Origin: Amoebophrya sp. A120
Lineage: Eukaryota; Protista; Dinoflagellata
Reading direction: 5' to 3'
Assembly (NCBI GenBank): GCA_905178155.1
Contig: CAJINV010000004.1
Coordinates: 3,187,014-3,251,013 of the forward strand
Length of the DNA: 64,000 bases
The position numbers and the translations under genes were made by a program. Position 1 is the stretch's first letter. Each line of letters opens with the position of its first letter. Below are positions 1 through 13,658 of this stretch, piece by piece. The notes below the pieces were generated by a model. It was not told where the DNA came from, did no database searches, and saw nothing but the letters and a program-made list of their open reading frames with translations.

Positions 1-418
1 CTCGTCGCCCTCCGTGCCCTCCCGGATCACGGGGTCGCCCTCGCTGTACTCCCTCCGCTCGAGGGCGCCGACGACAATGGGCAGGTCGGCCTTGGATAAC
101 CGCGAGAATAATGGGACCTGGATTGGTTGACAAATAAAGCTGAAAGAAGCTCCGTTCTTGTGACAAAAGCTGCAAAGAAAAGGCGGGTATACAGAAATGC
201 GAAAAGACATACAATTCATGTCTTGAAAGATAACGTGTCCCTAGATTAAAACTAAAACAACACTACGTAGGCTTGAAATTTTTCTGGCTTAGATTTTGTA
301 CATTTTCCAAAAAAGCCAGGTCCTCTTCAAACTGCTTGTTTTTTAGCCGGTCTTGCTGCACCCCGAACTTCGTTGGCTTCTCGTACTTGGCCGAAGAGCT
401 GCTCTGGCACGCCCCCAT
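1..418 (-). CDS. PKG: cGMP-dependent protein kinase-like (cNMP-binding) gene, 5' part; runs off the window
   Basis: Exon 418-302 MGACQSSSSAKYEKPTKFGVQQDRLKNKQFEEDLAFLEN, GT-AG intron 301-118, exon 117-1 VPLFSRLSKADLPIVVGALERREYSEGDPVIREGTEGDE (start of a cNMP-binding domain). The MGAC dual-acylation start resembles coccidian PKG. A PKA regulatory subunit is not excluded. Confidence 0.7.
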
Positions 419-1304
419 GGCGACAAGCCGTTCTTTTCGGAATGAAGGAAATCAAATGTTGTGTTTTACTGGTGTTTGTGGGCGGCCGGGGTGGAACTAT
501 TGTGTTTCTTTTTCTTTCGGGTTTTGGTCGTGTACTTAGTAGACAATGACAATACTCAACTTTTGAAGGGTACTAGGGAAAAAACGAACTTCAACCTTAC
601 TATCAACTTTTCTCGTCACTGGAGGTAGTACAGGCGTGGAATTTATATCGATTTGAAAATTCATTGAAACAGGAGCACCAGGAGAAGTAAATGAAGCAAA
701 GGCCAGAACAAGCACCAGAACGCAAGAAACTACAACACTCTCGGAAGAACAATTTCAGAACAAACAATGACACTCTCAGTCCCCTGCTCTCCATTTTTGA
801 AAAAAGTGAATACAGCTGCAAAAAATCGTGATTCCAGCCACAACAGCAGAAAAAAAGAAACCGAGGCAGGGCACGACTTTTGACATTTGGAAATCAAAAT
901 CTACTTATTGCAACTTATTTTTCCTCCAAGGTTCTATTTTTCCGTGTCTAGGAATAGATACTGATCTTGCATTCGCTCGAAGGCACATGATTCCCATTTT
1001 TTGTCCACATTGGAGAAAATCTGAAAAAAGAACAGTGGCTTTTGCTGGCGTGTCACCGTCACCAGCAGTACAAGAACTTGCTGTACTTTTCATACTCACG
1101 CTTTCCGAGGAGAAAGAAATCGATGATTGCATTTTTTCCGTAGTCATATAGTCGAATAAGAACATTCATCGCCTCTTTTTTCGTTTTATTTGCTAACCGT
1201 ACTGAGTCCGAGACCGAGTCGCGCAAGCTGCAAAATCCCAAAAAAAATCTTCTTCATCGTGCACTACTTCTAGGTACTTCTAGTTCTACGCAGCTGCATG
1301 ATTC

Positions 1305-3551
1305 TCACTTTATTCTCGAGGAGCCGAGGCTGAAGCTGCCAGTGATGCTTCTGGAATACTGGCTTTTCTGCCGGTTTTTGTGAATGTTCTGCACAATCGA
1401 GGATATTCCCTGTCGGTACAAATCCCGACTGGGGCTGGCATCTTTTTCGCTTTGACTCTGTTCGAAGGGGTGGTGCTTGGAATCGTTTTCGTTGCCTTGC
1501 AGCTTTGCCGATGCCGTCGAAGCAGAAGTAGAAGATATCGTGTGCTGCTGGAGTACAGCATTTTTTACTTCACCTTCCGGCTGCTCCGCAATACCAAAAG
1601 CACTTGGAACATGAACTCCACCTGCCCTTACCGTCGATGAGTTGTCAAGACGACCGAGGTGGAAAAATCTGCTCTCTTCCTCGCTGGTAGTGCAACTAGA
1701 GGATGAGGAAGACGCACTCGAAGATGCTGCTGAAACAGAAACGTGTTGATCTTGATTATGATTTTCTCCTCGCTGGTGCATGAAGATGTCCTCAGTGTCG
1801 TCTAATATGCCGTCTACATCGCGACTGGCAGCTCCTCCACGTCCTCCTGTAGTAGACGCCACTGGTGCATTCTTGCCCTCCACTGTTTCCGCCCCGCCCC
1901 CCGGATCGTCGGGCCGTTTTTTGTTCTTGGCTAAATGCGACCCTGCTGCTGAAATTTCTGCGCGATGACCTTGGAGATGGGCTTCAGATACGTTCGACAC
2001 CTCGACTTCTGCTTCCTGTCCTTGGCGTGATGAAACGCCGGCACGAACAGGGCGGTCTTCATCTTTATTCTCAGTGTCCTCACGCGGCTGCTCACCATGA
2101 ACATCTGCAGAGCTCGACGACACAAAAGAGCTACTACTACTGCTGCTTCCCGTGCTGCCATCCGTGTAGGAGGAGTCATCTGATCCAGAGCTGCCGGTTG
2201 GGGAATAATTGTGCAGCGGATGCGGCGGTCTGTCGCCGGCAACGCCACTTGTTTCCCTCAGTTCATCTTCGTGCTGTCCTTGGGGGGCTGCTGAGATGGC
2301 AGAATTGACAGCGACAGTTCCAGTCGCAGCTCCACCTGCAGCGCTTATCACTTTCGCCTGGTCCTCATCGCCCCTCGTCGAGGCAGGAACTACAACCCTC
2401 GCATTATTTGCACCTTGATGTAATGCACCGGCACTTGTTCCCTCGCCAGACAGGTTCAGATGTGCGCCGGCCGCAGCAGCTCCCCCGATTCGCGGTCCTC
2501 CAACAACAGTGTTACTGCTCGTTCCCCCGCTGTTGGGTTGTGCAACAGCCACCGCAGCCTTTTCCTGTTCTTGCTGCAGCAGCTTGGCGTATTGGGCGGC
2601 TTTGTTGGAACCGAGAATCCGCGTTTTTAGCAATTCCGTGATAACCGGACGGAACAGGTCGTCTTCGTGGGCAAACGCGGGAGTAGAAGAAGGTGCTGTG
2701 CCGGTAGTACTTTCATCTGCAGATGAAACATCTTGTTCTTCCGTACTGAGGCCTACAACACCGCTGCCAAGGACAGAACCCGCAGAAGTGGCTCCTGTAG
2801 TTCCTTGTTTCCGCGAATCTACCGCGTCCGAGTTGTTGTACGGCGCACTTGTAGTTCTATTATTCTCGGTCATCTTTCGAACTGGCGGCGGATTCAACAG
2901 AAACGTTGAACTTCCCGCGACTGTGGCTCCTGTGGTCCCCGCGGAGGTGCTGACGAAATGAGAAGGAGCTGCTGTCCCACTAGTTGTACTTGTAGCACCA
3001 CTAGCACTACTGCGCTTCGGAATGAAGACATTGAAGTCGTTATCAGCAAACGGCCCTCCACTGGTATAATCGTTGGTGCTACCCGCCGACGAGGACGTTT
3101 TAATATTTCCGCCCAGCCCACTGCCACCCCGGCCCTCCGAATGCTGCTGCGAGGACGACGAATAACCAGAAACCGCACTTCTCCTCTGCGCCAGTTGTTC
3201 CTCGTTTTGTTTGAAGTATTCGAAGAGGATTTTGTAGTCCGCGTGCGCCTCGAGGAACTCCTCGGCTGATCCGCCCTTGTCTGGGTGGTGTTCGAGCATC
3301 TTCGCGCGGTAGGCAGTGCGGAGCCGCTCGGAGAGCTGCTGCGCATTTTGTCGGCTTGTTGTTGTGTGGGTGATACTTTTAGCAGCATGATTTCCTTCGG
3401 CGCGACCATGATGTAGTTCTCCTTGTTGGAGGACAAGTTTTTCTGCTGTATCAAACGCTTCCCGGAGACCGTACCGCTCCGCGGCCTCGCGGATTTCCTC
3501 GAGGGAGGTACGTAGGAGGATCTCATTCTTGTAGTGCTCCCCGGCGGCCAT
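1305..3551 (-). CDS. J-domain (DnaJ-like) protein with a long low-complexity S/T/G/A tail
   Basis: LRTAYRAKMLEHHPDKGGSAEEFLEAHADYKIL carries the HPD motif; likely start MAAGEHY at 3551. A GT donor near 1308 could extend the gene into exons down to about 905. Confidence 0.75.
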   Translation of the reverse strand: MAAGEHYKNEILLRTSLEEIREAAERYGLREAFDTAEKLVLQQGELHHGRAEGNHAAKSITHTTTSRQNAQQLSERLRTAYRAKMLEHHPDKGGSAEEFLEAHADYKILFEYFKQNEEQLAQRRSAVSGYSSSSQQHSEGRGGSGLGGNIKTSSSAGSTNDYTSGGPFADNDFNVFIPKRSSASGATSTTSGTAAPSHFVSTSAGTTGATVAGSSTFLLNPPPVRKMTENNRTTSAPYNNSDAVDSRKQGTTGATSAGSVLGSGVVGLSTEEQDVSSADESTTGTAPSSTPAFAHEDDLFRPVITELLKTRILGSNKAAQYAKLLQQEQEKAAVAVAQPNSGGTSSNTVVGGPRIGGAAAAGAHLNLSGEGTSAGALHQGANNARVVVPASTRGDEDQAKVISAAGGAATGTVAVNSAISAAPQGQHEDELRETSGVAGDRPPHPLHNYSPTGSSGSDDSSYTDGSTGSSSSSSSFVSSSSADVHGEQPREDTENKDEDRPVRAGVSSRQGQEAEVEVSNVSEAHLQGHRAEISAAGSHLAKNKKRPDDPGGGAETVEGKNAPVASTTGGRGGAASRDVDGILDDTEDIFMHQRGENHNQDQHVSVSAASSSASSSSSSCTTSEEESRFFHLGRLDNSSTVRAGGVHVPSAFGIAEQPEGEVKNAVLQQHTISSTSASTASAKLQGNENDSKHHPFEQSQSEKDASPSRDLYRQGISSIVQNIHKNRQKSQYSRSITGSFSLGSSRIK

Positions 3552-4718
3552 CGTATGTTTTCGTTTTGTTTGATATACACAAGTAGGCACAATCTGTTAA
3601 TATCAGCACGCAAAACATATAGATACTTTTCAAGCGCAAGAACGCCAACACATGGACTATCGTGGTAGCGGCATTTAAATTATCAAGTAAATTGATTCCA
3701 TTCCGAGGGCTCAAATACAATCTGAATCTTCCGCTCAAAAGAAAAATCTCCTTGTACAACTCTGCACATTGTGCTCGAAATGCCATCGACGAAACTCTTG
3801 TCTACTTACAACTCATGGAAGCTGCTGCTGCTCTTTCTGCGCCACACCCTAAGAGCGGAAACGTACTACATGTATATGCAACGATAACACCAGCACTGCT
3901 GCGATTGCTACACGAACGCCACAAACGATGAACTACAGGAGGCTCGGTTTATTTCCCGCCTCCTCCTGCACCTGCTCGACGAGGACATAAAATTGGCTCA
4001 CGCGCTGCGTCGGCCGTCCGTCGGGTGATCGTCTGGTGGCGAATACAATCACCACCGCGCCCGGTGGTGAGGTAACTTGAATTTTCTACCATTCCGGTTC
4101 TTAATCGAGACGAGGGCACGTTGTAGCGAGCTAGCTACACCAACACCTGCGCCACTCATCACTACCAGTGTCTAGTTCACACGGATATCACGGCAGGGCT
4201 ATAGAAGAAAGTCGAAAGTCATGACGCAAACCCTACACGGCACGACCCTCGGCTGCAGCTCCTCACATCTTTGCGTATAATCGATTCGGCTCCACCGTGC
4301 GATGTAGTGCCCGGTGGTAAAAAACCTCATCAAAATCGTTCGTACAAAAATGGTTTTGTTCCAGTTCTAGAAAAAAATCAGTAATCAGGAATCTAATGAA
4401 ATTCCACAAAGCATAAGTAGCCAAGCAAGAGTACTAAAACAGGTGCGGTCGCTTCTCCACCTGTTCGCAATCTTTAACAGGTCTTGCCGACAAAAAAGAC
4501 AAAATGTATATATCATCAAATGTGTTTCTTGTACAACACAGGACTATTTGAATCCAACGAATCCGAATCTCTAAGTTTTTGCTTTCGATTTCGTTCCTTC
4601 ATCACAGCTAACTGTTTTGAAGGTAGAACACATAAAGAAAGGACTACAAACTGGTGTAAAGTTTGTTCAACAACGAAATTTCGCAACCTTGTTTATTGGA
4701 AAATGCCCCACCGAAAAA

Positions 4719-6391
4719 TCACCCGAGCGAGATGGTGGACACCCCACCGGGCGGCGCTCGGCGCTGCATCTGCTCGATCTTTTCCTCCAGCACTCTTGGT
4801 GCTCCACCGGACGGCCCGAAGTCCTTGTGCACCATGGGTATGCTGTCGCGCTCGTCGCCGAAGATAATGTTGCTTCGCCCGCCTGGTGGGGCCCGGACAG
4901 AAGCCGGCGGCGCGTTTTCGTCGGAGGGCCGAAACATACGCGGGTCGTTTACCAAGGAGGCGCGGTCGAATATCTGATAATTTCATCAATTTTGATTTCA
5001 TTTTCGTTGTTCCCGTCGCAGTGAAATAAAGGATTCGAAACAGACGCATTCCTCTTGGTGCAGCCGAACCGAGAAACGACAAGCCTCACATTCCGCATGG
5101 TCACCGCCAGAAAAAAAAAAACATGTAGTACGTTGTGTTGCAGCCCGCCTGGCGGAAGTCTTTCGTTTTCTCGTGTTGGGGTGAGCGGGAGGTGCATGGT
5201 TACTTCGCCATTCTTGATGGTGTTCTTGTTTGCTGCCACGCCCGCTGGATATGGTGATGCGCCGGTTGGCCAACTCGGGACTGACGAGGAAGAATTCATG
5301 TTAAGGCGCAACGCATATATGCAACTGTAAGTAGTCCCAGCACACATAATGATGCATATTAAAGTCCTACGTCCCTCCTACAGAACAATCATCATCCGAC
5401 CTACAATAAATCCGTCCCTATACCTTCCTGCACCCTTGGTGGGTCTTTGCTTTGCGTGCCGAGGCAGATTTCCGCCCTGCCCCCGACCGGTGGCGCGTCG
5501 TAGTCTGGGGGCAGGGGCGATGGCACGTCGCTGAACCGGTACTTGTTTTCGAAGGTCGGTTGGCTCCGCACGTTGTGCGGCGTGGGACTCTGGGTGCCGA
5601 ACTTGTGGCTCTGCACGCCGCCCGTCGGCATCTGCCCCCGCTGTACGGACTCGCCGGGGAGTGGCGGCCGCGTCGACGCATTAAAGGTCTTCGCCACCCT
5701 CTGTGGCGGGCTCGGGAGGTGGCCGTCACCTTGATTTTGGTTTGGTGTGGGTGTGAATATGTTTTACGTGTACCTAAACCACTTTCCTTTGGCATGACAA
5801 ACTTCTGAAACCGCTGCGAAAACAAAAGTGGCTAACCATTTATTTATTTGCCCATACAGAGAAAGGAACAACAGTTGTACGTATTTACCGAACACAATGC
5901 TGGATTTTCCACCAGGTGGTGCGTGTACTCTTGTGGTCGGATGCCCAGTCATCATGTTTCCAGAATTTTGATCACTGCCCCGCGCATACCGGTTTGCCGA
6001 CTGAAATTTTTGTGGATTGTGCATCATCTGAAAAATGTCACGCATTGGAGACGAATGGCCATGTCCTCGTCAACATGCAAATCGAAATTATTATGACGTT
6101 GCACAAGCATCATATTATCGAACAAATCACAGCCTCTTACCACGGGCGCTCCTGTATCCGCAGTGTCACCACCAAAGCTGAACGTGGAGTGCCCACCTGG
6201 AGGTGCGCGCGTAGATTGCTCCATTTCTTTCTTTCCCGCCAGAACGCTTCAAAGTTCTTCGTGTTCTTCTTCTTGTCCACGGCTACTACAACGTAGTAGT
6301 CAATCTGAATCTCTATATATTCGTTTTCAGCTAATAAACATATATAAATCACAAAATGCGATGACCTACAACCTGCTTTACCAAATGACAT
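4719..6391 (-). CDS. Multi-exon PPGG-repeat protein, Jupiter/HN1/SPIRAL1-like putative microtubule-associated protein
   Basis: Repeated motifs in separate exons: RAPPGGHSTFSFGG, RVHAPPGGKSSIVFG, RLPPGG, VRAPPGGRSNIIFG, RRAPPGGVSTISLG. GT-AG intron 4974-5131 is visible; the start is uncertain (6224-6391). Confidence 0.6.
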
Positions 6392-7021
6392 TCTTTCTTC
6401 ACGACGATAAGAGCACGAAGCTGCGTACTTACCACCTCACCGTTTTTTGAGCCTTTTTGTGAGTTCTCGTCCGAAGCATTCACACAATCTTTTTGAAGAA
6501 GGCACGGCTATTTGGCCGGAGCGACGATTGCGCACAAGATCTCTATCTCTTTGTCGTCTCTCACAGGTGGCATATTTTTGTTCACTTGTTTTTCACTGCT
6601 GGCGTTTACCAGAAAGTCAAAGCTACGAGTTCTACTTTTCGCACGAGGCAAAAAGGTCGCTGTCGCTGAACAAGAACAACAAAACACCAAGGGCTGAACA
6701 GTAAAAGAGGTGGTGGACCAGATAATCTTTGCCAAGGAACTGCGTTTGCAGGGTCCTTACTTTCAGCGCAGCTCGACGCATCTTCTCCTTCCTTGCGAGT
6801 CGAGGTGCAAAAAGAACTCAGCACCATTTCTCTGGAGTCAATACGTCTATCTATACGCAAAAATCTGTATTCTCATAAATGAAGTTTTATGCGCGAACTC
6901 CGACATTACAAAGATGACCTTCTGAAATCACCTACCTAAATCATACCAGATCCAGACGAAGCTGTCTGCTCTTTGCATTTGCAGACTCCACAGCACTTAC
7001 AAATATCTATGATGTTCACAA

Positions 7022-10000
7022 CTAGTAATAGTCGTAGAACGTTAGATTTCTATAGCTCGCGAGTAATCGTGTGTAGTCCATGAGCCCCCGGTCCTGTTTC
7101 CCGTAGCTAAAGTGCACAGCGAGCGCCGACCCCACCGCGATGGAGGGTTTTTGTAGCTGGAAGGGCTGCACGTAGGACAACTGGCTTTCGTCGTCCTCCA
7201 CTAGTTTCTGCACGTCGACATTTTCCAAATCCGATGCCATAAACGCGAAAAAGTTGATCGACCAGCGGGAGTGCTGTAGCGGGATGATTTCCGTGTCGAC
7301 GAAACTGTTGCCGTTCTATGACAGTGCACAACTCCCCCTGCTCCCCCTCATTTGTATGGCATGAACGGCAACACAAGCATCAGCAAGAGTGCCGGTTGTG
7401 CATGACAAATTTGCACTGGATTGTTATGCTATTTGGAGTCTATCAGAACTTGTAATGCATAATAGTGACAGTAGGGAAAGCGTGGACTGGGTAATCTGCA
7501 TGAGAAGAACGAGGGGGAGTTGTGCGCTGTCATACGTTCTCGTCCTCGAGTACCCGCTCCCGCGGGTTTCCATAGCCGTACAAATGGAAATTGTAGCGGT
7601 GGAACGTGTAAACCGTGGCTAAACTTCGAGTGTTATCAAGTGTAAAAGTGTCTGGGTCTGGAAACTTGTGATGCTGGGTGGCGCCTCATGATGAGGCAAC
7701 AAGTGATGACTTAGCATGACAAGTTTCTGAGCTCCTAGGTGTTGCCTATTCTGCATGACAAACTGCGTTTCTGCATCACAGAAAAATGGAGCTCTTGGGA
7801 AACGTGCATGACAGATTCAAGAGTCATGCGAGACAAGCATGACAAACATGCATTCTTCCAGACCCAGACATTTTTGCATTTGATAAGTGTGGTAAAAATG
7901 CAAAAAGCTGCGGTGTACCCACTCGGCACACTCCCACCGCGCCCAGACGCAGGTTCCCTGGGGGTGCTTTTCAATTTGCGGGGCCCACAGCTCCTGCTGC
8001 TCAGGTGATAATGATGAAGAAGATTCCACCTCTTGCACAACATTACTAGTAGCACCTTCAGGTGGAGAAGATGATGTCGTTGCAGCTATTTCTTTTTCCT
8101 TTTGTTTCTTCTTTTTCATCTCCTGGCTCTTGCGGAATTTTTCGTCTTCCTCCGCCGCGGTGTCCAGCAGGCGGTCCCGCTCCGACTGAAGTAGGTTTTG
8201 ATATTCATCTTGACCATTACTCGTTCGACTACTTCCCTTGTTCAGCAATACTTCCTTCCGCGCCAATCTCCGTTTCTCGTCGTCCGTTTCCCACGCCGGG
8301 TCAATATGGGAGTGTCAGGATTGAAATCGACACGGTTGAAATAACCTGTAATGCATAAAATCGATACCGATTGGACCCACAGTTTCTAGTCGGTGCATGA
8401 CAAATTTTGTCCCTACAGGAGGCCAGTTTGTCATGCTGTTTAGGGCAAAGGGGCTCCCCTCTGTGATGCTAATCAGCAGCCCAATGCCCGACCCTTACCA
8501 GCGCCATAATCTGCCTCCCTTGCGTCCTCTGCAATAGAGGCAGTTTACTCTGCATTGCATTTTAATTTTATGCATGACAAACTATTTCAACTTTGACGAT
8601 TTCGATCCTGACGCTTCCATAGTCAATCACAGGTCCGTACATGTCCGGTACCCCCGCGAATTCGTTGTGCACCGCGGAAAGAATCGCGTGGTTGACAATG
8701 TTTCCGCTAACCAATGACACCTCCTTCTGCCGAAACCACTTCTCCCGCACGACATCACGGATCGCGTTGCGGGAGAGAAACACGATGTCGTCATCCAGTT
8801 TCACGTAGACCGTCGTTTCTCTTGCTTTCCGCAGGTTCGCGAAGCTGTAGAACTTAGCAAGCCGCTTCCCATATACCGAAGGTGCGGCGTAGTGGTGCGG
8901 GTGCTGCTGGATTAAGGAGGAGATGAACTGGATTTCCTCGTCAATGGCGTTGTGCACAACGAAATTGATCTTGTCAAGCGCGCCGCCGTGGATGCGCAAC
9001 GAGTTGTGGAGGTAATACTGCAGGATCTCCAGTCGGTCCTTCCTCCCAACCACCACGATTGCTTCGGCACGGGACCGCGGTGCCACTTGCTCGTCAATCC
9101 ACTGGAGCAGCCAGAAGAAGGGAAGCGGCATTTGGAGGAGTGCGAGAAGCGGGTTTCTTTGCTGGTGCTGTTGTACAATGGTCGTCTGGTGCTCCTCCAT
9201 TTGTTGTTCTACTGTTGCTCGTTTTTTCTGAAGAACATCGACGAAAGCCCGCACCCTCCCGCTCGCCGCTTGTAAGCGCGCCCGCAAATCCAGGTTTTTG
9301 CTGCCGTTCGGGAGGTTTCCTGCCGTTTGCGCACTGCGGGACACGGTAAACAAAGCAAGCGTTAGGTGCGCGCACGCGTGGAGAAGGAGCTGAAAAGTTG
9401 CCTTGATGTTTATTTGGTCCTCCTCTGGTGGCGGGGTGGAATTTCTCTCTCTTTGGTGACCAGCACCTCCTTCGCTAGAAGAAGCTGACGCACTGCGATC
9501 GTGAAGATCTTCATCTAGACCTTGTTCATCTTTCTGGTGGCTAATATGATTGTCCAACAACACGTTAAGGGCCAAAGTTTCCAGTGACCCGCCAACCGCC
9601 TGGTCCTGCTCCGTTTCCACGAATGTGTCGACCGGTAGCTTCTTCGCTGGGTCGGCCGAGCGGAAGGCGTTGAAAAACGCGATTAGGCGGCGGTGAAAAT
9701 AAGCTGTCGTCGTTATTTCCGACCCGCTGCTCGTGTCAGGATAAAAATTTTGCGGGTAAAATACATCGCGATCGCCCCTCCTCGTGCTACTGATCATTCC
9801 ACGATCAAGAATTATTTCCTGTGCCTGATGCAACAGATCCGCAACGGGAAAGCCGGTGTTGAGTGCGTCCTGCCACGGTAGCGTCGCTAGCGTCTCGCCG
9901 AAGCCCTCTTGTGAAAGAGCGTAAAGGAGGATACTTCTCCTCTGAGCAATATCAGATTTTTCGGATTTTTCCCCAGCGGCTGCAGTAGAAGAGCCGACCG

Positions 10001-10796
10001 ATCCTACTGGGTACATGGCTGCCAGTGTTTCAATCGGTAAATACAGTAGCTTCGCCAGCGACAGGCTAAACACCCCAGCCCAGCAACTGCCTGCGCCGTC
10101 CGGATTTTGCTCGATTTGCAGCAAATCGGCGGAGTCGAAAAACGCAGACCAGGCTCGTTGCTGCTGACTCGTTCTTGCAGTGGATAGTGATAGTCTGGCT
10201 TCGCTAGTAGTACGTCCTATGGTAGTGCTACTTGTCCTCTCAACATGGTAAAGATCTTGTGATTGCTCCGATTGTTCGACACCCCCGAAACTGTCCAAGG
10301 AACTCGACAAGTACTTGTGAAAAGCCGTTTGCGTTGTCGCATCGTGCAAGTGCTGCATGTCCGGAGTTGTGATTATCCTCGCAGCGACGTCCGCGGCGCC
10401 GACGGATTCGGTGAGCCCCTGTCGCAAATTTTCCCATTCCTGCTCCTTTTTGAACTCCTCCACTGAGCGGCCGTGCGCCTGCTGCTCGTGATAGGTCTGT
10501 GCAAACGAGAATAGACTTTGCTCGTGATCTCCCCCACCCCCTGCTCGCGCGGCGGAAGCGGAAAACTGGTCGAGGACCCCGTCGCTCGTCCTTCCCCCGC
10601 CCGGGACCACAACGCGCTCGACCCTGCGAAAACGGTAGTAGAGATCGAGGAAATCGCCATGCACCTTCTCCCAGCTTTCCCCGGCACAGGGGGCGGGCGG
10701 CGGCGCTTGCTGGTGTTGATGTTCTTGTGCATCTGAAAATAGCGGTAAGAGCGCCGCAGCGGCTAGAAATAAAGGCGCAAAACAGAATCGAAACAT
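7022..10796 (-). CDS. Secretory-pathway glycosyltransferase-like protein (DxD motif), 4 exons split by 3 introners
   Basis: Signal-like start MFRFCFAPLFLAAAALLPLF; VYVKLDDDIVFL motif. Removing the elements at 8305, 7634 and 7317 (each plus one TSD) gives PVID|PAWETD, HFYHT|RSLATV and EDENG|NSFVDT...RWSINFFAF in one continuous frame. Confidence 0.7.
7317..7534. mobile_element. Introner family C (non-canonical intron, MITE-like)
   Basis: TIR TATGACAGTGCACAACTCCCCCT / AGGGGGAGTTGTGCGCTGTCATA; TSD CGTTC at 7312-7316 and 7535-7539. Confidence 0.9.
7634..7885. mobile_element. Introner family D
   Basis: TIR TATCAAGTGTAAAAGTGTCTGGGTCTGGAA / TTCCAGACCCAGACATTTTTGCATTTGATA; TSD AGTGT. Confidence 0.9.
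8305..8621. mobile_element. Introner family G
   Basis: 56-bp imperfect TIR TATGGGAGTGTCAGGATTGAAATCG...ATGCATAAAA; TSD GTCAA at 8300-8304 and 8622-8626; homologous to 60198-60507. Confidence 0.9.
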
Positions 10797-13230
10797 TCTT
10801 TGTCTTGCAGGAGTGGTTTGATGAGTTTCGGTCTTGTTCTTCACCGTGATCTCCTATGTATAGTCAGTAAGAGTAAAAAATGGCTTAAAGACCCTGCCGG
10901 TGTAGTTCTTTCTATTTTTATACCGATAGATGGCTGCTACCGTCAGGGCCAGCCCACAGGCTAAGCTTGTTACAAGAAACAATGTGAATCACAATGCGAC
11001 CAAAATAAAATAGAAATACTACATAAAGCCAGCAAAAAATAAGCGCGTGCGCGAATAAGAGAGCCCGCCCGACCGAATGTAAGAAATAAAGCTGATGTTG
11101 AAAATGAAATACACTGGCGGTTGCGTCTCTGATGAGGCTTTGTTCTGCACGGCGAAGGGAACAACATCCTCACCGGATGAACAACAAGGTTCAAGGCCCG
11201 AAGCGAAGTTCTTTTGCGTCGTCGGCGCCGCGAAAATTTCTTCTTTTCTCTCTATTATTTCTAGCTGCCTTTACGTTGTTGCTCACGTTTTTTTGTCCAC
11301 GGCACGACCTGCAACTCTTTTGATACAAGGTTTCAGATGATGGCCCGACCCGTCTCCCTATCTATTGCCGTTGTTTTTGTTACAAACGAGCTATTGACTT
11401 CAACACGTCGTGCTTGGGCTTGAGTTGTGGTAGTGAGTAGAGATGAGTGTATCCGTAGCTTCTATCAGTGGTTAGCAACTACATGAACTCGGTCAGTTAG
11501 TAGCTATGTTGATGTAAAAATTGACATGCAATCAAAAACAAAAGGAAAAACAGCGTAAGAATTCTTTTCGTACTTGAATATCAGAAGTTGTCTTACTTCT
11601 AAGACATCCACGCGGCTTTTCTGAATACCATGAACAAACCTCCGACAATATTTTCGATAGAGATAAGTTCTCCACGACAGGGGACGTCTCCTACGCACGC
11701 GGCCGTGCTACCCGTGCCATGTTTCCCCGTTTGATGTCTCGTCTCTCCGCGCAACTGCTACTGCCGACCAACTGGCAACTGCTATTGGTAAGTACTGGAC
11801 AACGAGGAAGGAGGCTTCTAAACGGGTGCGTTTTTTCTGAAGTTGTCCCTAACATTGATTAGCCTTGAGTAGTAAGTTGTGCAGTGATTGTGCTTTGCTA
11901 TCAACAGATTTAAATTCTTCAATGAAGTCCGATGCTTTTCTATCATACTTCTACATCGAGATCATTCGCCGTGCTATGTAGAGCTCCTAAACTTGTAAAC
12001 TAGAACAATCAGTACTTACCTGCAACGAACTAAAAATGGTCAAAACAGAGCGAGGTGCAATCTAGTTCTTTTTTTCTAATCAATTTTCGAAATTCTTGCA
12101 TACTTAATTCCACCTGGTTGACGAGACGGTGGACAGTACCTTGGTCTTCAGCAATTCTTCGCGTGAGTGCGCGACAGTAAAAATCCATGGATATTATGGC
12201 GTCGCATTCGCTACAAAAGTAACTAATTGATCCTGATGCTAGGTGCTGTCGCGGTTGACACACATTCGACGTGCGTCAACGTACATACTAGAAACCGGCA
12301 CACAGCATCACTTTGCTTCACGACAGGCAACACCGGAAAGAGGTCAACATGGTCATCTAGTTTTAAAAGTGGTTATTTTGATACAGGGGTGCAGGGGAAG
12401 AGTCTTCGTTATCTTTTCAAATCGACAAATTATAATCAGTATCAGATTGGTAAAAACCTCGGGCACAATTGAACTACTACCGGAGACATTTTTAACAAAC
12501 AACACATAGAAGACCACGACTAGAGAGATTCAACAAAGACTATTGACTTCTCCTTACGCATACGCTCAACTCCAGTTCACACGATGTGGCCGCACAGAAT
12601 GTTGAAAACCACACCACATAAACTGTTGTTCATCAGAGCTAATTCTTTGCTATGCAGCGTACTTAATTGAAAAAAAAGGGCCATGATCAAGCTTTCGTAA
12701 AAATCGAAATCTTCTTACGGTCGTATACTCATACTTTCTACTGCTCCTCACTCGTCCTGTAGAAGTAGGACCTAGCAGAAAGTGGAGTAAGTAAAGTAAA
12801 GCTGCTAAAAATCCTCGCAAGTTACTAGCAGCAACAAGGACTTGCTTCCTCATCGGGAGCGCCCCCGCGGAAGACCTGAAATAAGTACAACTTTCGAAAC
12901 AGAAACTTGAGAAGTAGAGCTCGATATAGGACGACTGGTGTCCTATTCCATGAAAAACGAAACCTGTACTTTCGGAAGAAGCCGAAATCTATTAGAGATC
13001 AGTGCTTTGTCAAAAACGAAAATAACGTACTTACGAGCATCATACATCGAGAGATCGAGAACCGCTGCAGTTGGCCATATCATAAAAAATTTTCTGCTAG
13101 TGTTGTTTTTATTCGAGACCGGTACGCTCTGAGACCTAAAACGCGAAACACGACGGAACTACGAAGGCCGCTGGTTATTTTGCGGGAAATTAAATACCGG
13201 GGAGCACGTATATCGCCCGCGAAACAGATT

Positions 13231-13655
13231 GCCCGTTCTCCGGGGGATCCGCCCTCGCCCCCGGGGATCCGCCCGCTCCCCGGGGGATCCACCCGTTCCC
13301 CGGGGATCCGCCCTCGCCCCCGGGGATCCGCCCTCGCCCCCGGGGATCCGCCCGCACCCCGGGGATCCGCCCTCGCCCGGGGGATCCGCCCTCGCCCCCG
13401 GGGCATCCACCCTGGTCCCCGGGGGGTCCGCCCGCTCCCCGGGGATCCGCCCTCGCCCCCGGGGGATTCGCCCTTGCCCCCGGGGGGTCCGCCCGCTCCC
13501 CGGGGTTCCGCCCGCTCTCCGGGGGATCCGCCCGTTCCCCGGGGCGCCGCCCGTTCTCCGGGGGGTCCGCCCGCTCCCCGGGGGGTCCGCCCTCGCTTCG
13601 GGGTATCCGCCCTTGCTTCGGGGGGTCCGCCCTGTTCCCGGGGAAATCTGCCCGG
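13231..13655. repeat. GC-rich minisatellite, 19-20-bp unit (CCCCGGGGGATCCGCCCTCG-like), about 21 copies
   Basis: GGATCC recurs at 13245, 13265, 13285, 13304 and onward. Confidence 0.9.
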
Positions 13656-13658
13656 CTG

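Noticed and set aside
11400-12900. Degraded transposase or autonomous partner of the introners
   Set aside because: Only short fragments (one CxxC) are present; no DDE, RT or recombinase motif is recognisable here or elsewhere in the window.
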